IMG/VR virus record: IMGVR_UViG_3300037502_002960
Location: 1-64,000 of that record
Reading direction: 5' to 3' (one strand)
Origin: a virus
Length of the DNA: 64,000 bases
Shown here: positions 20,776-31,820 of the stretch, piece after piece
Layout of the letters: the number at the start of each line of letters is the position of its first letter
How positions within the stretch are numbered: the stretch's first letter is position 1
Translations under genes and position numbers: made by a program
The notes under the pieces: model-generated
Database searches by the model: none
Told to the model about the DNA's origin: nothing
Seen by the model: the letters and a program-made list of their open reading frames with translations, nothing else

Positions 20776-21090
20776 CTAAACACCTTCAATCTTATTTAGC
20801 ATTGTTTTGATAATATTTATAGATTTAAAAACTTCTCTTTTAATTATTTTCTTCTCGCTATTGGTTTTGGCAACCTCTTTCTTTATTGACTCTAATGTTG
20901 ATAATAAAGAAATGTACTCAGATGAGCTTTCCATATTCACAACGTTTTCTAAACCATATAGTTCAAATATGAGAGATTCTACGTATGTGTCAACACCTTC
21001 GTTGTTCTCTTCATATAATGGTAAAACTTTAAATACACTATTTATTAGGGTGTCAAGATACCCAACTAATCTTTCGTTGTTAGAAATCAT
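20776..21090 (-). CDS. Hypothetical structural-module protein
   Basis: 104 aa; LINSVFKVLPLYEE; translationally coupled to its neighbours. Confidence 0.55.
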   Translation of the reverse strand: MISNNERLVGYLDTLINSVFKVLPLYEENNEGVDTYVESLIFELYGLENVVNMESSSEYISLLSTLESIKKEVAKTNSEKKIIKREVFKSINIIKTMLNKIEGV

Positions 21091-21665
21091 TGCCCCATCT
21101 CCATATATGTGTATTCTGTTATAAGTTTTTTTGACTCTTTTTGCAAGAGCCTATATAGTAAGTTTAGTTCTCTTAGCTGATTTGCCTGAGAGTATATTTT
21201 AAAATCTTTATCACTCAATGATTGTTTTATTACTTCTGTTGATAGCACCTGAGGCTTCATATATTCTACAAGCATTAAATGTGTTAAGATTGCCATTTCA
21301 AATTCTGTTAAACTATTAGGTATAATAGCGTTTTCTATAGTGTATAGACCATTTTGATAAGATATGTCAGATTCTAGAACATCGTATTTATTAATAAGCT
21401 CTGTTTTATTCTCTACAGTATCGCTATCATATTTTTCTTTTACGGTCTTTTTTACACCAAAATAGTGACCGATTTCATCTTCTAGTAAATCAAGGTTATT
21501 TTTACATTTATAAAATTTTGGTTTTGCCTTTTTATAATATGTCAGTAAATCCTCTTTTACACCAGTTGGGTCGGTCTGTATACTTTGTAATAGTTTGTAA
21601 TCAGATAAGCTAGACAGAAAATAGTCATACAATTCATCTAAATATGTTCTTTCCATCTTGGACAC
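21087..21665 (-). CDS. Head-tail connector / adaptor (YomZ-like)
   Basis: 192 aa; DKDFKIYSQANQLREL motif; downstream of the capsid genes. Confidence 0.6.
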   Translation of the reverse strand: MSKMERTYLDELYDYFLSSLSDYKLLQSIQTDPTGVKEDLLTYYKKAKPKFYKCKNNLDLLEDEIGHYFGVKKTVKEKYDSDTVENKTELINKYDVLESDISYQNGLYTIENAIIPNSLTEFEMAILTHLMLVEYMKPQVLSTEVIKQSLSDKDFKIYSQANQLRELNLLYRLLQKESKKLITEYTYMEMGQ

Positions 21666-21671
21666 CTCTTA

Positions 21672-22355
21672 TCAGTCATTTTTAATTTTAATTACATCTT
21701 CTAAGGGTGCGTTATCCTCTAATGAAAAACCAAATAACTGCTGGATTGTGTTAATCTTTTTAACACTGTCTAATTTACCATTAGTATACATTTCCTTAGC
21801 TTTTTCAATAAACGCCTGTTTTGCACCTTTAGGCATATTTTTTACAAAAACTTCGATTTCTTCTGGAGATTTAGAAATGATTTCTTCTACATTTTGTGGT
21901 GTCACAATATTTTTATAAATTTCAGTCAACTCAAATTCATCTTGAATGTGTGGATTCAGAACAATTAACCAGCCGTCTTTAAAGACTTTTGGGCTTCTGT
22001 TTCTAATATTTAATAGTTCACCATATGGAATTTTAGTTGTTTGACCAAAATCTGTCATTCTCCAAACACGACCAGTCATATCTGACCTGTGGACTAATGT
22101 TCCGCTTAAACCGTTCATAACAACAATTAGGTCATCGTCTTTAAATTTAAAAGCTTTTGTCTCAACAACAACTGTCTTTTCAATTTCTTTTCTTTCTTCT
22201 GCTTCTTTTAAATCTTTATCTTCCTGCTCAACCATCTCTTCTAGTTTAGCATTTGTATAAATTTTTCCATTTTCGTCTTTTAAGTCTTCTTTGTCATAGC
22301 CATATTCTTCAATTAAAAGTTTTACTAATTCTTTTTTAGATAATTTTTTAACCAT
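21672..22355 (-). CDS. Hypothetical head-associated protein (YonA-like)
   Basis: 227 aa following the capsid gene; WRMTDFG..IPYGEL. Confidence 0.55.
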   Translation of the reverse strand: MVKKLSKKELVKLLIEEYGYDKEDLKDENGKIYTNAKLEEMVEQEDKDLKEAEERKEIEKTVVVETKAFKFKDDDLIVVMNGLSGTLVHRSDMTGRVWRMTDFGQTTKIPYGELLNIRNRSPKVFKDGWLIVLNPHIQDEFELTEIYKNIVTPQNVEEIISKSPEEIEVFVKNMPKGAKQAFIEKAKEMYTNGKLDSVKKINTIQQLFGFSLEDNAPLEDVIKIKND

Positions 22356-22382
22356 TATTACTACCCCTTTTTCTCATTTTTA

Positions 22383-22404
22383 AGGGGTTGATTTCTCAAC
22401 CCCT
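22383..22404 (-). terminator. Hairpin after the capsid gene
   Basis: AGGGGTTGA-tttc-TCAACCCCT. Confidence 0.55.
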
Positions 22405-22424
22405 ATTTGTTATAATATTATTTA

Positions 22425-23423
22425 TTAAGCACCAAATTTAACGAAACCGAATGCTTTAGAAGTTACAACGGCAATACCAAACTTGTTAGATACAAAGTAT
22501 TCTTGCATCATGTCAGATGAAGTTCCACCTTGATTATCTTGGATAATTGCGTCACCTTCGTTAACAACTTTAACCATTTTGTCTGCATTTTGTGGTAATA
22601 ATAATACAAAGTCATTACCAATTGAGAATTCGTCAGTACCATATTTATGGGTTTGAGCGATTTCACGTAGTTCGATACTAGCAATTTTGCCATAGTATCC
22701 TAAGTCGTTCTTAGTATCAACCATAGCATCAGTTGTAGCGTCTGGAGCTAGCTTACGTAAAGCAAGTTTAGTACCGTGGATTGCCACTTTTTCACCAGTA
22801 CGAGCCTCAATATGCATAGCCAATTCAATAATTTCTTCCTCTGTAGGAACAGTTGTTGCAGTAAAGTGATATGTACCATTGTACTCACCATATGATTGCA
22901 TTACAGCAATAGCAATACGTTCGTTAAGGTCTTTCTTGAACGACTTTGCAATTCCTTCGATGAAATCAGCCCAGTCAACACGACCTGCTAAGAAGCGGTG
23001 GAAATCTTCTCCAACTTTAATAGCATATGTATCAAGAGATACTGAGAACTCTTGTCCATCACGTAAACGTTGTCTACGGATATTACTATTTCCATCAGAA
23101 ACGAGAGCGACACGGAATAAGTTGTTTGCAGGAACTTTAAATAAGTTTTCATCGCCCCATGCTAAGTTACGATATTCTGCGAAAGCCTCTAAATCGTTTG
23201 AAAGGTCTTCTTGAACAGTTTCGTTGATAATTTCTTCAAGAATTTCAAAGATTTCTACCTTATGTTTACGGAAAGTTTTACGGTCAATCTTACCGTTTCC
23301 TTCTAGTGAGAATTCCATTAATTCTGCGAAAGCCTTACGAAGTGCATCGTTAGCTTCATTTGTTGAATAGTTTTGTACTCTGCCTTTTGCTAAATCGACA
23401 GCTAATTTAATCATTTCATTCAT
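22425..23423 (-). CDS. Major capsid protein (YonB-like)
   Basis: 332 aa; RNLAWGD..NIRRQRL..RFLAGRVDW..GTKLALRK; highly expressed codon usage (CGT, GCT); strong RBS. Confidence 0.85.
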   Translation of the reverse strand: MNEMIKLAVDLAKGRVQNYSTNEANDALRKAFAELMEFSLEGNGKIDRKTFRKHKVEIFEILEEIINETVQEDLSNDLEAFAEYRNLAWGDENLFKVPANNLFRVALVSDGNSNIRRQRLRDGQEFSVSLDTYAIKVGEDFHRFLAGRVDWADFIEGIAKSFKKDLNERIAIAVMQSYGEYNGTYHFTATTVPTEEEIIELAMHIEARTGEKVAIHGTKLALRKLAPDATTDAMVDTKNDLGYYGKIASIELREIAQTHKYGTDEFSIGNDFVLLLPQNADKMVKVVNEGDAIIQDNQGGTSSDMMQEYFVSNKFGIAVVTSKAFGFVKFGA

Positions 23424-23452
23424 TTCAAATTTTCCTCCCTATTTTTGGTTAA

Positions 23453-23959
23453 TTACCGTACAACTTGTACAGCATATGAATCAGTATTTAAGTCTAGTTC
23501 TCTAGTCGCATCTTCGATTACTTTGAAAGCAATTTTTGCAGTATCTGCATCAGCTGGTAAAGTTGGCACACCTAGCTTACCAGCAGTTTTAACAGTTAAA
23601 AGATCACCTTTAGCTGGTACACCATCAAATAAATCAGCAGTTAAAGTAATGATATCACCATCTGCTAAGCGATAAGCACGAGCAGTTTTACCAGCTTCAA
23701 TTAGATAGTCTGCTAATTTATACTTTCTTTCATCAGCCATAACCTCTGGGTTGTGGACTAAAAGAACCTCTTCTGCCATATCTGCTTCAACAGCAAGAGT
23801 ACCATATTTTACCTCTGCCTCACCTGCAACTAAATCACCAAGCTTTACAAATACACCATTAGTAGTTTCTACAGCAGTGCTACCATCATTAGTGACAATA
23901 ACTGATTCTAAATTACCGTTATAACCAGATAAAACTCTATCTTTACGTACAATAGCCAT
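23453..23959 (-). CDS. Capsid decoration / minor head protein (YonC-like)
   Basis: 168 aa between the scaffold/protease and capsid genes; ARAYRLADGDI. Confidence 0.6.
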   Translation of the reverse strand: MAIVRKDRVLSGYNGNLESVIVTNDGSTAVETTNGVFVKLGDLVAGEAEVKYGTLAVEADMAEEVLLVHNPEVMADERKYKLADYLIEAGKTARAYRLADGDIITLTADLFDGVPAKGDLLTVKTAGKLGVPTLPADADTAKIAFKVIEDATRELDLNTDSYAVQVVR

Positions 23960-23986
23960 TTTTAAATTCCTCCATTTTTATAATTA

Positions 23987-25573
23987 TTATTTATTTCTAT
24001 ATTTTTCAACTAAACCACCATAAGGTGTTTCGTCTACTTTATCTTTGCTGAAACTTAACTTAATAGTTTCTTTTTCTTTCTTTGTAAAATTCTTTTTGCT
24101 AGCAACTTTTTTACCTAAAATTGCATAACATTTTTCTTCAATTTCTTCTAAAGAAAATTCATGAACATTAATATCTTTTACATCTTCTTCGTTTAACTGG
24201 AATTTTTCAAAGATATCTTTCGAGTTAGATTCATGCTCATCTTTTAACTTATCAAGTTTAAACTCTTTTAACTCTTCATTTTCTTCTTTTAAAGATTCGT
24301 ATGTAGAGCGCATTAAACTTAAAGCATCTTTTTCTTCTTTTGTTAAATACTCAGCGAATACCTCACCTAAGTTTTCTACAAGTTCTGCTTTTTCATTTAC
24401 AATCTGATAAGCAATCTTATAATGCTTGTTTTCGCTATAGTTATAAGCAACAAAGGTTTTTTCAAACACTTCTGTTACATACATATCACCGTAGCCTAAT
24501 TCTTCAATTAAACCATAAAGTGATGAACGAATATCTTCATGAGACATTTCAAAAAACACTGTAAATACCTTGTCTTCTTTTTCTTCATCTTCTGTATTTT
24601 CGTCAATAACTTCTTCTAAAGTTTCTTCTGTTACTTCATCATGATTTTCTTCATCTTCGGTCTCAGTATCAACTTTATCTTCAGTTACGACTACAGTCTC
24701 TTCTTGAGATTCTTCTTGTTCAACTTGTTCAACTTTATCTTCTGCTAAAATTTCATCTTCTGAATCATCTTCAACATCGGTATCAAAAGCTTCTTTCACA
24801 GCAACTTCCAAATCTTCATCGTTTAATGATTCAAAGTCAATATTTTTTGCTGTTAAATCTTCTTTTGAAATAGAATATTTTTCTAACAATTCTTCAAGCA
24901 ATTTACTATCCCCTTTCTCTTCTGATAAGGAAGTTTTTAACTCATAAATCATATGAGAAAACTCTTTCTTAAATTCATTTTTATTCAAAGAGTAACCAGT
25001 TATACTAGCATCTTCAAAGGCTGGCTCAACATTGTCGCCCAAAATACATAATGCTGAAAAATTGAAACCATCAATAATATAAGTGTCTTTTTCATCAGAC
25101 CATTTTCCATCTGTGATTTCAATCTCCATTGACTGACCTTTGCCATTTTCAATAATGTCATAAGCTTCTTCGTATCTACCAGTCCACAAGTAACACCCAT
25201 GGATTGTCAAATACTCTCTTGTGACACCATCGTCACCTTTAACTTCTTCCCATTCATATGTAGCTGATTCTGGAACAACACCGTATGGCTTTGTTGTATG
25301 AATATATTTGTATGTATCAATATCAATTTTGCCACCGTGACCTTTATAGTCTTCTGATTCAACAGAGTATTCTCCAACAATCGGAATATTTTTTAACGTG
25401 GGAAGAGCTTTTTCGACCGCATTTTTTGTAATGTAAGATGCGTTTCTATTCTGTCCAGTATACATAACTCTTACTTTGCAGGTAGAGAAAAGTGGATTAA
25501 TCGCTTTAACATCACTAATATTTGCTTTAAACTCTAAAATTTTATCCATTTTTACTTCTCCACCCCCTTTCAA
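23987..25573 (-). CDS. Prohead protease / scaffold fusion (YonD-like)
   Basis: GQNRNAS..NIPIVG..YLWTGRY..GQSMEI..FSALCILG..VEPAF protease domain plus acidic scaffold tail; likely start is ATG at 25549. Confidence 0.8.
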   Translation of the reverse strand: MKGGGEVKMDKILEFKANISDVKAINPLFSTCKVRVMYTGQNRNASYITKNAVEKALPTLKNIPIVGEYSVESEDYKGHGGKIDIDTYKYIHTTKPYGVVPESATYEWEEVKGDDGVTREYLTIHGCYLWTGRYEEAYDIIENGKGQSMEIEITDGKWSDEKDTYIIDGFNFSALCILGDNVEPAFEDASITGYSLNKNEFKKEFSHMIYELKTSLSEEKGDSKLLEELLEKYSISKEDLTAKNIDFESLNDEDLEVAVKEAFDTDVEDDSEDEILAEDKVEQVEQEESQEETVVVTEDKVDTETEDEENHDEVTEETLEEVIDENTEDEEKEDKVFTVFFEMSHEDIRSSLYGLIEELGYGDMYVTEVFEKTFVAYNYSENKHYKIAYQIVNEKAELVENLGEVFAEYLTKEEKDALSLMRSTYESLKEENEELKEFKLDKLKDEHESNSKDIFEKFQLNEEDVKDINVHEFSLEEIEEKCYAILGKKVASKKNFTKKEKETIKLSFSKDKVDETPYGGLVEKYRNK

Positions 25574-25585
25574 AATTTAGTTAAG

Positions 25586-27079
25586 CTATTTATCTCTAGC
25601 TCTAGCACCCTCATCGCCAATATCCTCAACCTCAGATTCTGGTCTACCTTCTGATTCTTCAATACCATCAGAACCCATGGTGTGACTACTAGCCAAAGGA
25701 ATTAAATTATGATGCAATTCAAACACATCATTTTCAAGTGTAATTAAATTTGTAAGTTCAATAGGGCTTAAACCTAATACAGCACCGATATGGCTTTTAA
25801 CTGGAATACCGTATTGAGCTGATTCAAGATACATCTTATGTTTCTCTTTTTCATTAAATCTAGTAACATCTAAAATATCTACACTAAACATAAGATTTTT
25901 AAAATTAAACTTAAGGTATCTGTTTAACCATCTTTCAATCTGGTTTAATACATCAAAAACAATATTTTCATCTGTCTTAATAGACATTTGTAAACCTTGT
26001 GATGTAGATTTATCTGCATTAAATAGTAATTGAGAAGTACCATTTCCAGACCAGAAGTCTCTTTCAGCTTTTGCGACACCATCACTGTCAGCCCTATCTT
26101 TGTCAAACTTAACTGTATCAATTGGCATAGGTGAAGTGATAACCCCAACATTATCTGGAACCGTTTCTGATGCTAAATTGTGGAAATACATCATTGTATC
26201 CATATCAATCATAAAGTCGTTGTTATCTTCAGAATCTTTTCTCATAGGAAGTTCTTGAGTAATTAACATATAATTACTAATCTCTTCTTTATTTTTTCTT
26301 AATCTCTTGAATCCTTCCATATCAAAAATTGCATCAAAACTTCCAGCAAACGGTGGAAATGTTTCTAACATAGACTCATTGATTTTAATACAAATAGTAT
26401 TCTGAGAATCAAGTTCAACCCAACTACCTAATCTTCTATCATTTACTTTTCTGTTTTTCCATAAGATATATTTCTGTTGAACCTCTTCTGCCCAACTAGA
26501 AAGTTCATCTTCATTACCAGAAAAATGTTCCATATTTATACTAAAACTATAAACACCATCTTCAACAGAAGTTATCTTTGCGATTGAGCTGTCAATTTTT
26601 TGTATATAAAAATCATTCTTTGTTTTATGTACATAGCCAAAAAACACATCTTCGACAAAAGCTACATTTAATAGCTTGGTAAATTCGTGTTTTATATTTA
26701 AAACTTTTAAGAATTCTGCAACTTGATTATATTGCTTTAAAATCTTAGTTTTATCTATACCTGCCAAACTAACAGATGGTACTAATACATGCGCAAAGGT
26801 TGGCATTTCTGCAAAGTGCCTAACCAATCTTTGATATTGTGGGCTTTTTGCATATAATAATTTTGATACATCAACTAGTTTTTTCTGATTTTTTTCTAGT
26901 TTAAATCCTTCTAAAAATGTCTGAATATCACTTTGCTTATATTTGGAAAGTAAAGATTTGCTGTTCAAATCCCTTGATAAATCATTAATAACTAACTTAG
27001 CAAAATCTTCTCTTTTAAAAGACATAGAATTTCTTCTGATATTATCAACATTCCTCACGTCTCTATCATTAGTCGTCAT
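25586..27079 (-). CDS. Portal protein (YonE-like)
   Basis: 497 aa directly after the terminase; QIERWLNR, IPLASSHT motifs. Confidence 0.8.
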   Translation of the reverse strand: MTTNDRDVRNVDNIRRNSMSFKREDFAKLVINDLSRDLNSKSLLSKYKQSDIQTFLEGFKLEKNQKKLVDVSKLLYAKSPQYQRLVRHFAEMPTFAHVLVPSVSLAGIDKTKILKQYNQVAEFLKVLNIKHEFTKLLNVAFVEDVFFGYVHKTKNDFYIQKIDSSIAKITSVEDGVYSFSINMEHFSGNEDELSSWAEEVQQKYILWKNRKVNDRRLGSWVELDSQNTICIKINESMLETFPPFAGSFDAIFDMEGFKRLRKNKEEISNYMLITQELPMRKDSEDNNDFMIDMDTMMYFHNLASETVPDNVGVITSPMPIDTVKFDKDRADSDGVAKAERDFWSGNGTSQLLFNADKSTSQGLQMSIKTDENIVFDVLNQIERWLNRYLKFNFKNLMFSVDILDVTRFNEKEKHKMYLESAQYGIPVKSHIGAVLGLSPIELTNLITLENDVFELHHNLIPLASSHTMGSDGIEESEGRPESEVEDIGDEGARARDK

Positions 27080-27094
27080 TCATATCACCCCTAT

Positions 27095-29120
27095 CTATTC
27101 GAAAGTTCTATATTTTGGTTTTTTAACTGCAACATAACCTGTTGCATTAAACTTAGGTCTATTTTTCTTGCGCTGATTTTTCTTTTCTTCAAGGTATATA
27201 TAGTAGAGTCCGTATGAAACTGCAGAATATCTATCCTTTTCCATTTGGCTTGATACACGCTTGACTCTAGTTTTATTGCCCTGTGCTTCGAATGTCAAGT
27301 TCATAACTTCATCAACGAATAATGATGTTTCCACGTGTGGAATCAATTGTTGTGCAAGTTTTTCAGAATCTTTTTCTTTACTCTCTTCTTTTATGACATT
27401 TTCACTAACAAGTAATTTTAGGTCATGGTTTGAAATGGTAGCCATAAAGTGGTTATGTATATCTGATGCACTTGTCTCTTTTGTGTTAGACATGACATTA
27501 AATATAAGTGGTAGTGAATTTGGTTGTTTATATTTATCATAACTGCTATCATTAACAACAGAATATGAAGGAAATCTGTCTTCTTTTACAAGATAGTCTA
27601 TCAAACCTCTACCTAAACCATTACCATCGACTACAACCATAGATGCATTATATTTGCTAACAAGTTCTTTAACGTAAATTGATTGTTTTTCAAAGTGCAT
27701 ATTGCCTTTATATGTATGTATATTAACTAGGTGTTTAATATAAGTCCCATTACCTCTTGCTGTAAGTTTAAATACAGCAATTGCTGTTGTTGCTGTCTTT
27801 TTCTTTTCTGAACGTGCAACGTCAACAGACAATACGTATTTTACATCAGATTTAACTTTTAAAGCTTCTAACTCTGATTTCACCAATACTCTTGATTTTT
27901 CCAAGTCTTTTAGTTGAACCAAGCTGTTCTCGCTTGAACCAGTCCACACACTCATATATTCTCTCAATTTGTTATCGTGAGGGCTTTTTATCTCTCACTT
28001 CTAGGAGTTTCCCCCATTATACCTTGTTAATTCAAGGCTAGTTCAGCATACATTTTCACCTTCGTACGTTAGTATGTTAAGGTGTTGGACGCTCTTGGCA
28101 GAATTATATTCTAATTTAATAGTTTCATCTGCTATGCGTTACGATACTACATATTTTTTATGATATATAGTTATCTCGGTATTACCATATCTAATTAATA
28201 TTAAAGTTAGGTTTCACCGATATCGCCCAATAATAATTCTGAATATTTCTAATCAGAACGCCAAAAAATTTAGCATATTGAAGTGGACTCATTGACGGGT
28301 CATTTTTTACCTCTTCTATGTAAGCTGGGTCTAGTTGCTCAAACATAACTGGTAAAGTCCAATCATTACCAATCACAAAAGCTGATTTGCCCATAGCCAT
28401 TTCTGTCATAACGCTAAATAATTGTTCCCAAGCATACGACTGTTTTGAACTTGCCGTAGTAACGTAGCTCAATTGTTTATGGATATCATATTTTGAAACT
28501 TTACCATCTGCACCCTTACGGTTGTTTGCTAGTAATGGTAATAGTACCTCACCGATAATTTCTCTGTGTTTTTCCATACTAACAATCTCTTCAAAACTAA
28601 GTCCGTGTCTTCTGAGACCACGTGAACCTTGACTCGCAACAACAATATCTAAGATACTGCCGTTCCAAAACGTAAGCCTTGTAAAGTCTTTTGCAAAAGT
28701 ATGTTTTTTAACTTCGCCTTTTAACAAGGGAATAAAATTCCAAATAGCCTCTATATTAGCTTGACTGATTTGGGCGGCTTGGTCTTTTTGTGGCGCAACC
28801 AAAGATAATTTAATTCCTGGATAAAATATACATTTAAGATACATACTTAAAATATTTAGGAAAGATTTACTCGTTCCCCTAGTAGATGTGATGTACTAAT
28901 AAACCTTCTTGTATCTCGCCATAATTCTTAAAAATAATCTCTGAAAAGGGTAAAGTTCAAAAGAACCGTCTTTAGGCTTTATATAGTCTATAAATAAATC
29001 TGGGTAGTATTGAAAAAACGCTAACATATTTGCAAATATTGGTAGCATATCTTCAACGTTTTTAACATTAGTTCCTTGAACATTCTCTAATTCAGACCAT
29101 GGTTTCCACTTAGAAGTCAT
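27095..29120 (-). CDS. terL: Terminase large subunit, split: exon 1 29120-28272 (in-frame TAG at 28896-28898), group I intron, exon 2 27964-27095
   Basis: The three track ORFs join into one reading frame of about 572 codons: LYPFQR (adenine binding), TRGTSKS (Walker A), LSFEE (Walker B), spliced QYAREYMSVW, SVDVAR and KDRYSA (nuclease). Confidence 0.85.
27965..28271 (-). mobile_element. ORF-less group I intron (307 nt) in the terminase gene
   Basis: Exon 1 ends GCU; intron starts AAAUUUUUUGGCG (P1/P10 guide) and ends in G. Core AUCGGUGAAACCU..GGUAAUACCGAG; P7 GCAUA/UAUGC. Removal restores the reading frame. Confidence 0.88.
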
Positions 29121-29158
29121 TGTGCATCACCTCCGTTTCAAGGAAAGCGGTTTTTGAA

Positions 29159-30151
29159 TTAATCATCTAAATCACCGTCTTCACCAGAATCGTTCAATCC
29201 AAGCTCATCTTCATAATCTTCATCAATTTCAACTGGTGTTAAATCTTCTTTATAAAACTCTTCCAACTCATCTTTCATCTCTTCTGGAATGTCTCTAAGA
29301 ATCTCTTTACCAACCAATCTATGATAATAATTAGACAACGCAATCATCATGCCATCAACAATATCTCTTTCAAACTCTACTGGCGGTGGTTGTCTCCAAC
29401 CTCTTTTTTCAACTTCCTCCCATATCTGAGAAAAGCTTCTTATACCAGTAGCATCATCAATGCCTTTTCTATCAACAGGTCTAAAGCCTGCTGACTTCAT
29501 CATATCTTCATATGTTTTACTAATTTTACTATAGTCTGTCCACTCTTTACCTCTTCTTAGCCTGTCTCTATCGACAGACAGATAAGCTAACTGCATTAAC
29601 ATATCAATGTGTGTAGGTGTGTGTATTTCATGAGTAGACCTCATATCTTGATAGAATTTCTCTAATTGCAAGTATTCTTTTTGATTATAACCTGTACCCC
29701 ATTTATCAACCATTTCATCTGAGTATTCTATAATCTTTCCTGTAGTAGTTTCTATTGTATTCGGTGGATTTACCGACGATAAATCAACATTGCCACTATC
29801 TTGTATTCCATCGCTATTCATAAAAGTTTTACCTTTATATTGATGAAGTGAACCAACCATACTAAGGTAACTACCAATAGGATTCCTTTTTTCCTTATTT
29901 TTCATTACTTTATCCCATTCTTCTTGATAGAATGGTTTATCTATTTGTCTTAAAAATCCGATTACCTCTTCCAAGTTTTCATAATCTATGCTCTCTCTGA
30001 CGCAATCTCGACAAATATCAAGTCTACCGTCTGGGAATAGAGGGCTATCAACTTTATAAAAAGTGCTTTCTGGTTTTTCTTTGCCACACTTTCCTTTGCA
30101 AAGTTTTTTTGGAACAGGACTGGATTTCTTTTCTATCTTCCTAGGTTTCAA
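29159..30151 (-). CDS. Putative terminase small subunit (YonG-like, N-terminal Zn finger)
   Basis: 330 aa; CKGKC..CRDC; DKWGTGY; immediately upstream of terL. Confidence 0.55.
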   Translation of the reverse strand: MKPRKIEKKSSPVPKKLCKGKCGKEKPESTFYKVDSPLFPDGRLDICRDCVRESIDYENLEEVIGFLRQIDKPFYQEEWDKVMKNKEKRNPIGSYLSMVGSLHQYKGKTFMNSDGIQDSGNVDLSSVNPPNTIETTTGKIIEYSDEMVDKWGTGYNQKEYLQLEKFYQDMRSTHEIHTPTHIDMLMQLAYLSVDRDRLRRGKEWTDYSKISKTYEDMMKSAGFRPVDRKGIDDATGIRSFSQIWEEVEKRGWRQPPPVEFERDIVDGMMIALSNYYHRLVGKEILRDIPEEMKDELEEFYKEDLTPVEIDEDYEDELGLNDSGEDGDLDD

Positions 30152-30307
30152 AAATAAAACCTCCTGTCTAATACTAATGTTAATAAAAGAAAATTACTCC
30201 CTCATATAATAGTGCTTTACTGAGGTGTTTTTTCACCCTCTTTTATTAACTTTTTTTATTTATAGGTATTTTTACCTATAAAAATAAACTTTAACAAGCA
30301 CAACCTG

Positions 30308-31525
30308 TTAAAGTTCAATTCTTATAGGGAGTATTCTGTCTTCTTCAAAAACAACAATTGATTGTGATGGTTTAGTATCATATCCAAGTTGAATACTGTA
30401 GTCTGTTGAACCTTGTAAACAACCACACCCTAATGTCATTCTACCGTGATTCTCTTCGTTGAAGCTCATATGATGAAAATGACCATAAATCAATAAATCA
30501 TAAAATTCATTATCTGACGAAATAAATTTATTAATTTTTTCTTTTGAAGTCTTTTTTAATAAATCACCGTGAACAGTTTTTACTTTTCTACCATTTACAT
30601 CAAAAGACATATCAAAATTACTATTCTTTTTATCAATAATTTTAATGTTTGGATTGCCGATTAAACTAATAAATGACTTGACGCTTGCATCAATAATATT
30701 TTCTGCACTATCACCAGAAATTGTTACAGCCTTATCATACATTCTTGAATGGTTACCAAGAACACTTCCAAGATATTCAACATCTAGCTCTTCTGCTAAA
30801 GTAAGGAGAAAAGAATTAACTATTTCTGTAGCCTTAACAATCTGTTCACTAAATGTAAATTCAATATCGTATGATTGTGTTGGTCTCATGTATCCACCCT
30901 CAACTAAATCGCCAACACCAATTACTTTAACTTTATTCACGTTAAATAATTTACAGTAATGAAACACCTCATTAGCATATTTCTCTACTCTTTTTTTTGC
31001 AATCTCATAATCATAACTATCTGTTTTTAATCCAATGTGCCAATCTGTCATAGGTACAACAATTTCATTTTCTGTAGTAACAAAATTATGTTTCTTGAAT
31101 TTTTCAAACTTTACATCTTTAAAATTATCAACCACCTCTTCAATAAAAAGAGTTTTGTCTATTACGTTTCTTTTAACTTTATTTAGCTCTCTGAATTGAT
31201 TTTGTGCGTTTCTTTTTGCGTAACTAAGTTCACCAACTAATTCTTTTATCGACTCTAGCTTGTTGTCGGAAACCATATCTACATACTTTGCCACTTCTGG
31301 TAATTCGCCAATAGATTTTTGATACCTTTTAATCAATTGTCTATATGTTTCACATCTATCAGAATTATCATAACCTTCTTTTTCCATCATCTTTTTATGT
31401 AAAGACCAATTACATTTACCACTTGGTGAAGCTTTTTGTAATTCTTTTTTGATTTTTACAGCAACATTTAAATGCTCTTCTGTTACAGTAATCTCTTCAC
31501 CTTTTTTATTTATATAACTTCTCAA
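30308..31525 (-). CDS. Calcineurin-like metallophosphoesterase with N-terminal coiled coil
   Basis: DWH, GDLVEG, GNH, HGD, GHFHH motifs. Confidence 0.8.
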   Translation of the reverse strand: MRSYINKKGEEITVTEEHLNVAVKIKKELQKASPSGKCNWSLHKKMMEKEGYDNSDRCETYRQLIKRYQKSIGELPEVAKYVDMVSDNKLESIKELVGELSYAKRNAQNQFRELNKVKRNVIDKTLFIEEVVDNFKDVKFEKFKKHNFVTTENEIVVPMTDWHIGLKTDSYDYEIAKKRVEKYANEVFHYCKLFNVNKVKVIGVGDLVEGGYMRPTQSYDIEFTFSEQIVKATEIVNSFLLTLAEELDVEYLGSVLGNHSRMYDKAVTISGDSAENIIDASVKSFISLIGNPNIKIIDKKNSNFDMSFDVNGRKVKTVHGDLLKKTSKEKINKFISSDNEFYDLLIYGHFHHMSFNEENHGRMTLGCGCLQGSTDYSIQLGYDTKPSQSIVVFEEDRILPIRIEL

Positions 31526-31577
31526 AAACTATCACCTCAAATGTTCAGAATATTCAGAATATTTTAATTAAAAAAAA

Positions 31578-31799
31578 TTAATCTGAATCAGTTTCCAACT
31601 CTTCTTCTTCAACTTCTTTTTCAATCTCTTGAGTAATCTTAATATCTAATTTAATCTCTTTGTATTCAAATCTTTTAAGAAATTCAAGAATATCTACAGC
31701 TACAGTTTCTGCACTATCCTTATCAATCTTTTCATGAATGAGAAGTTGTTCAGCATCTAATAATCCCTGTGTATTTAATGTGCTACTAATTTTAGCCAT
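31578..31799 (-). CDS. Small acidic protein (YonK-like)
   Basis: 73 aa, RBS AAGGAG; position matches SPbeta yonK. Confidence 0.55.
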   Translation of the reverse strand: MAKISSTLNTQGLLDAEQLLIHEKIDKDSAETVAVDILEFLKRFEYKEIKLDIKITQEIEKEVEEEELETDSD

Positions 31800-31820
31800 A
31801 ATAAAACTCCTTTTTTAATA

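Noticed and set aside
17-31000. Numerous plus-strand ORFs of 60-145 aa opposite the structural genes
   Set aside because: Antisense shadows of long minus-strand genes; Ser/Phe/Leu-rich and without RBS.
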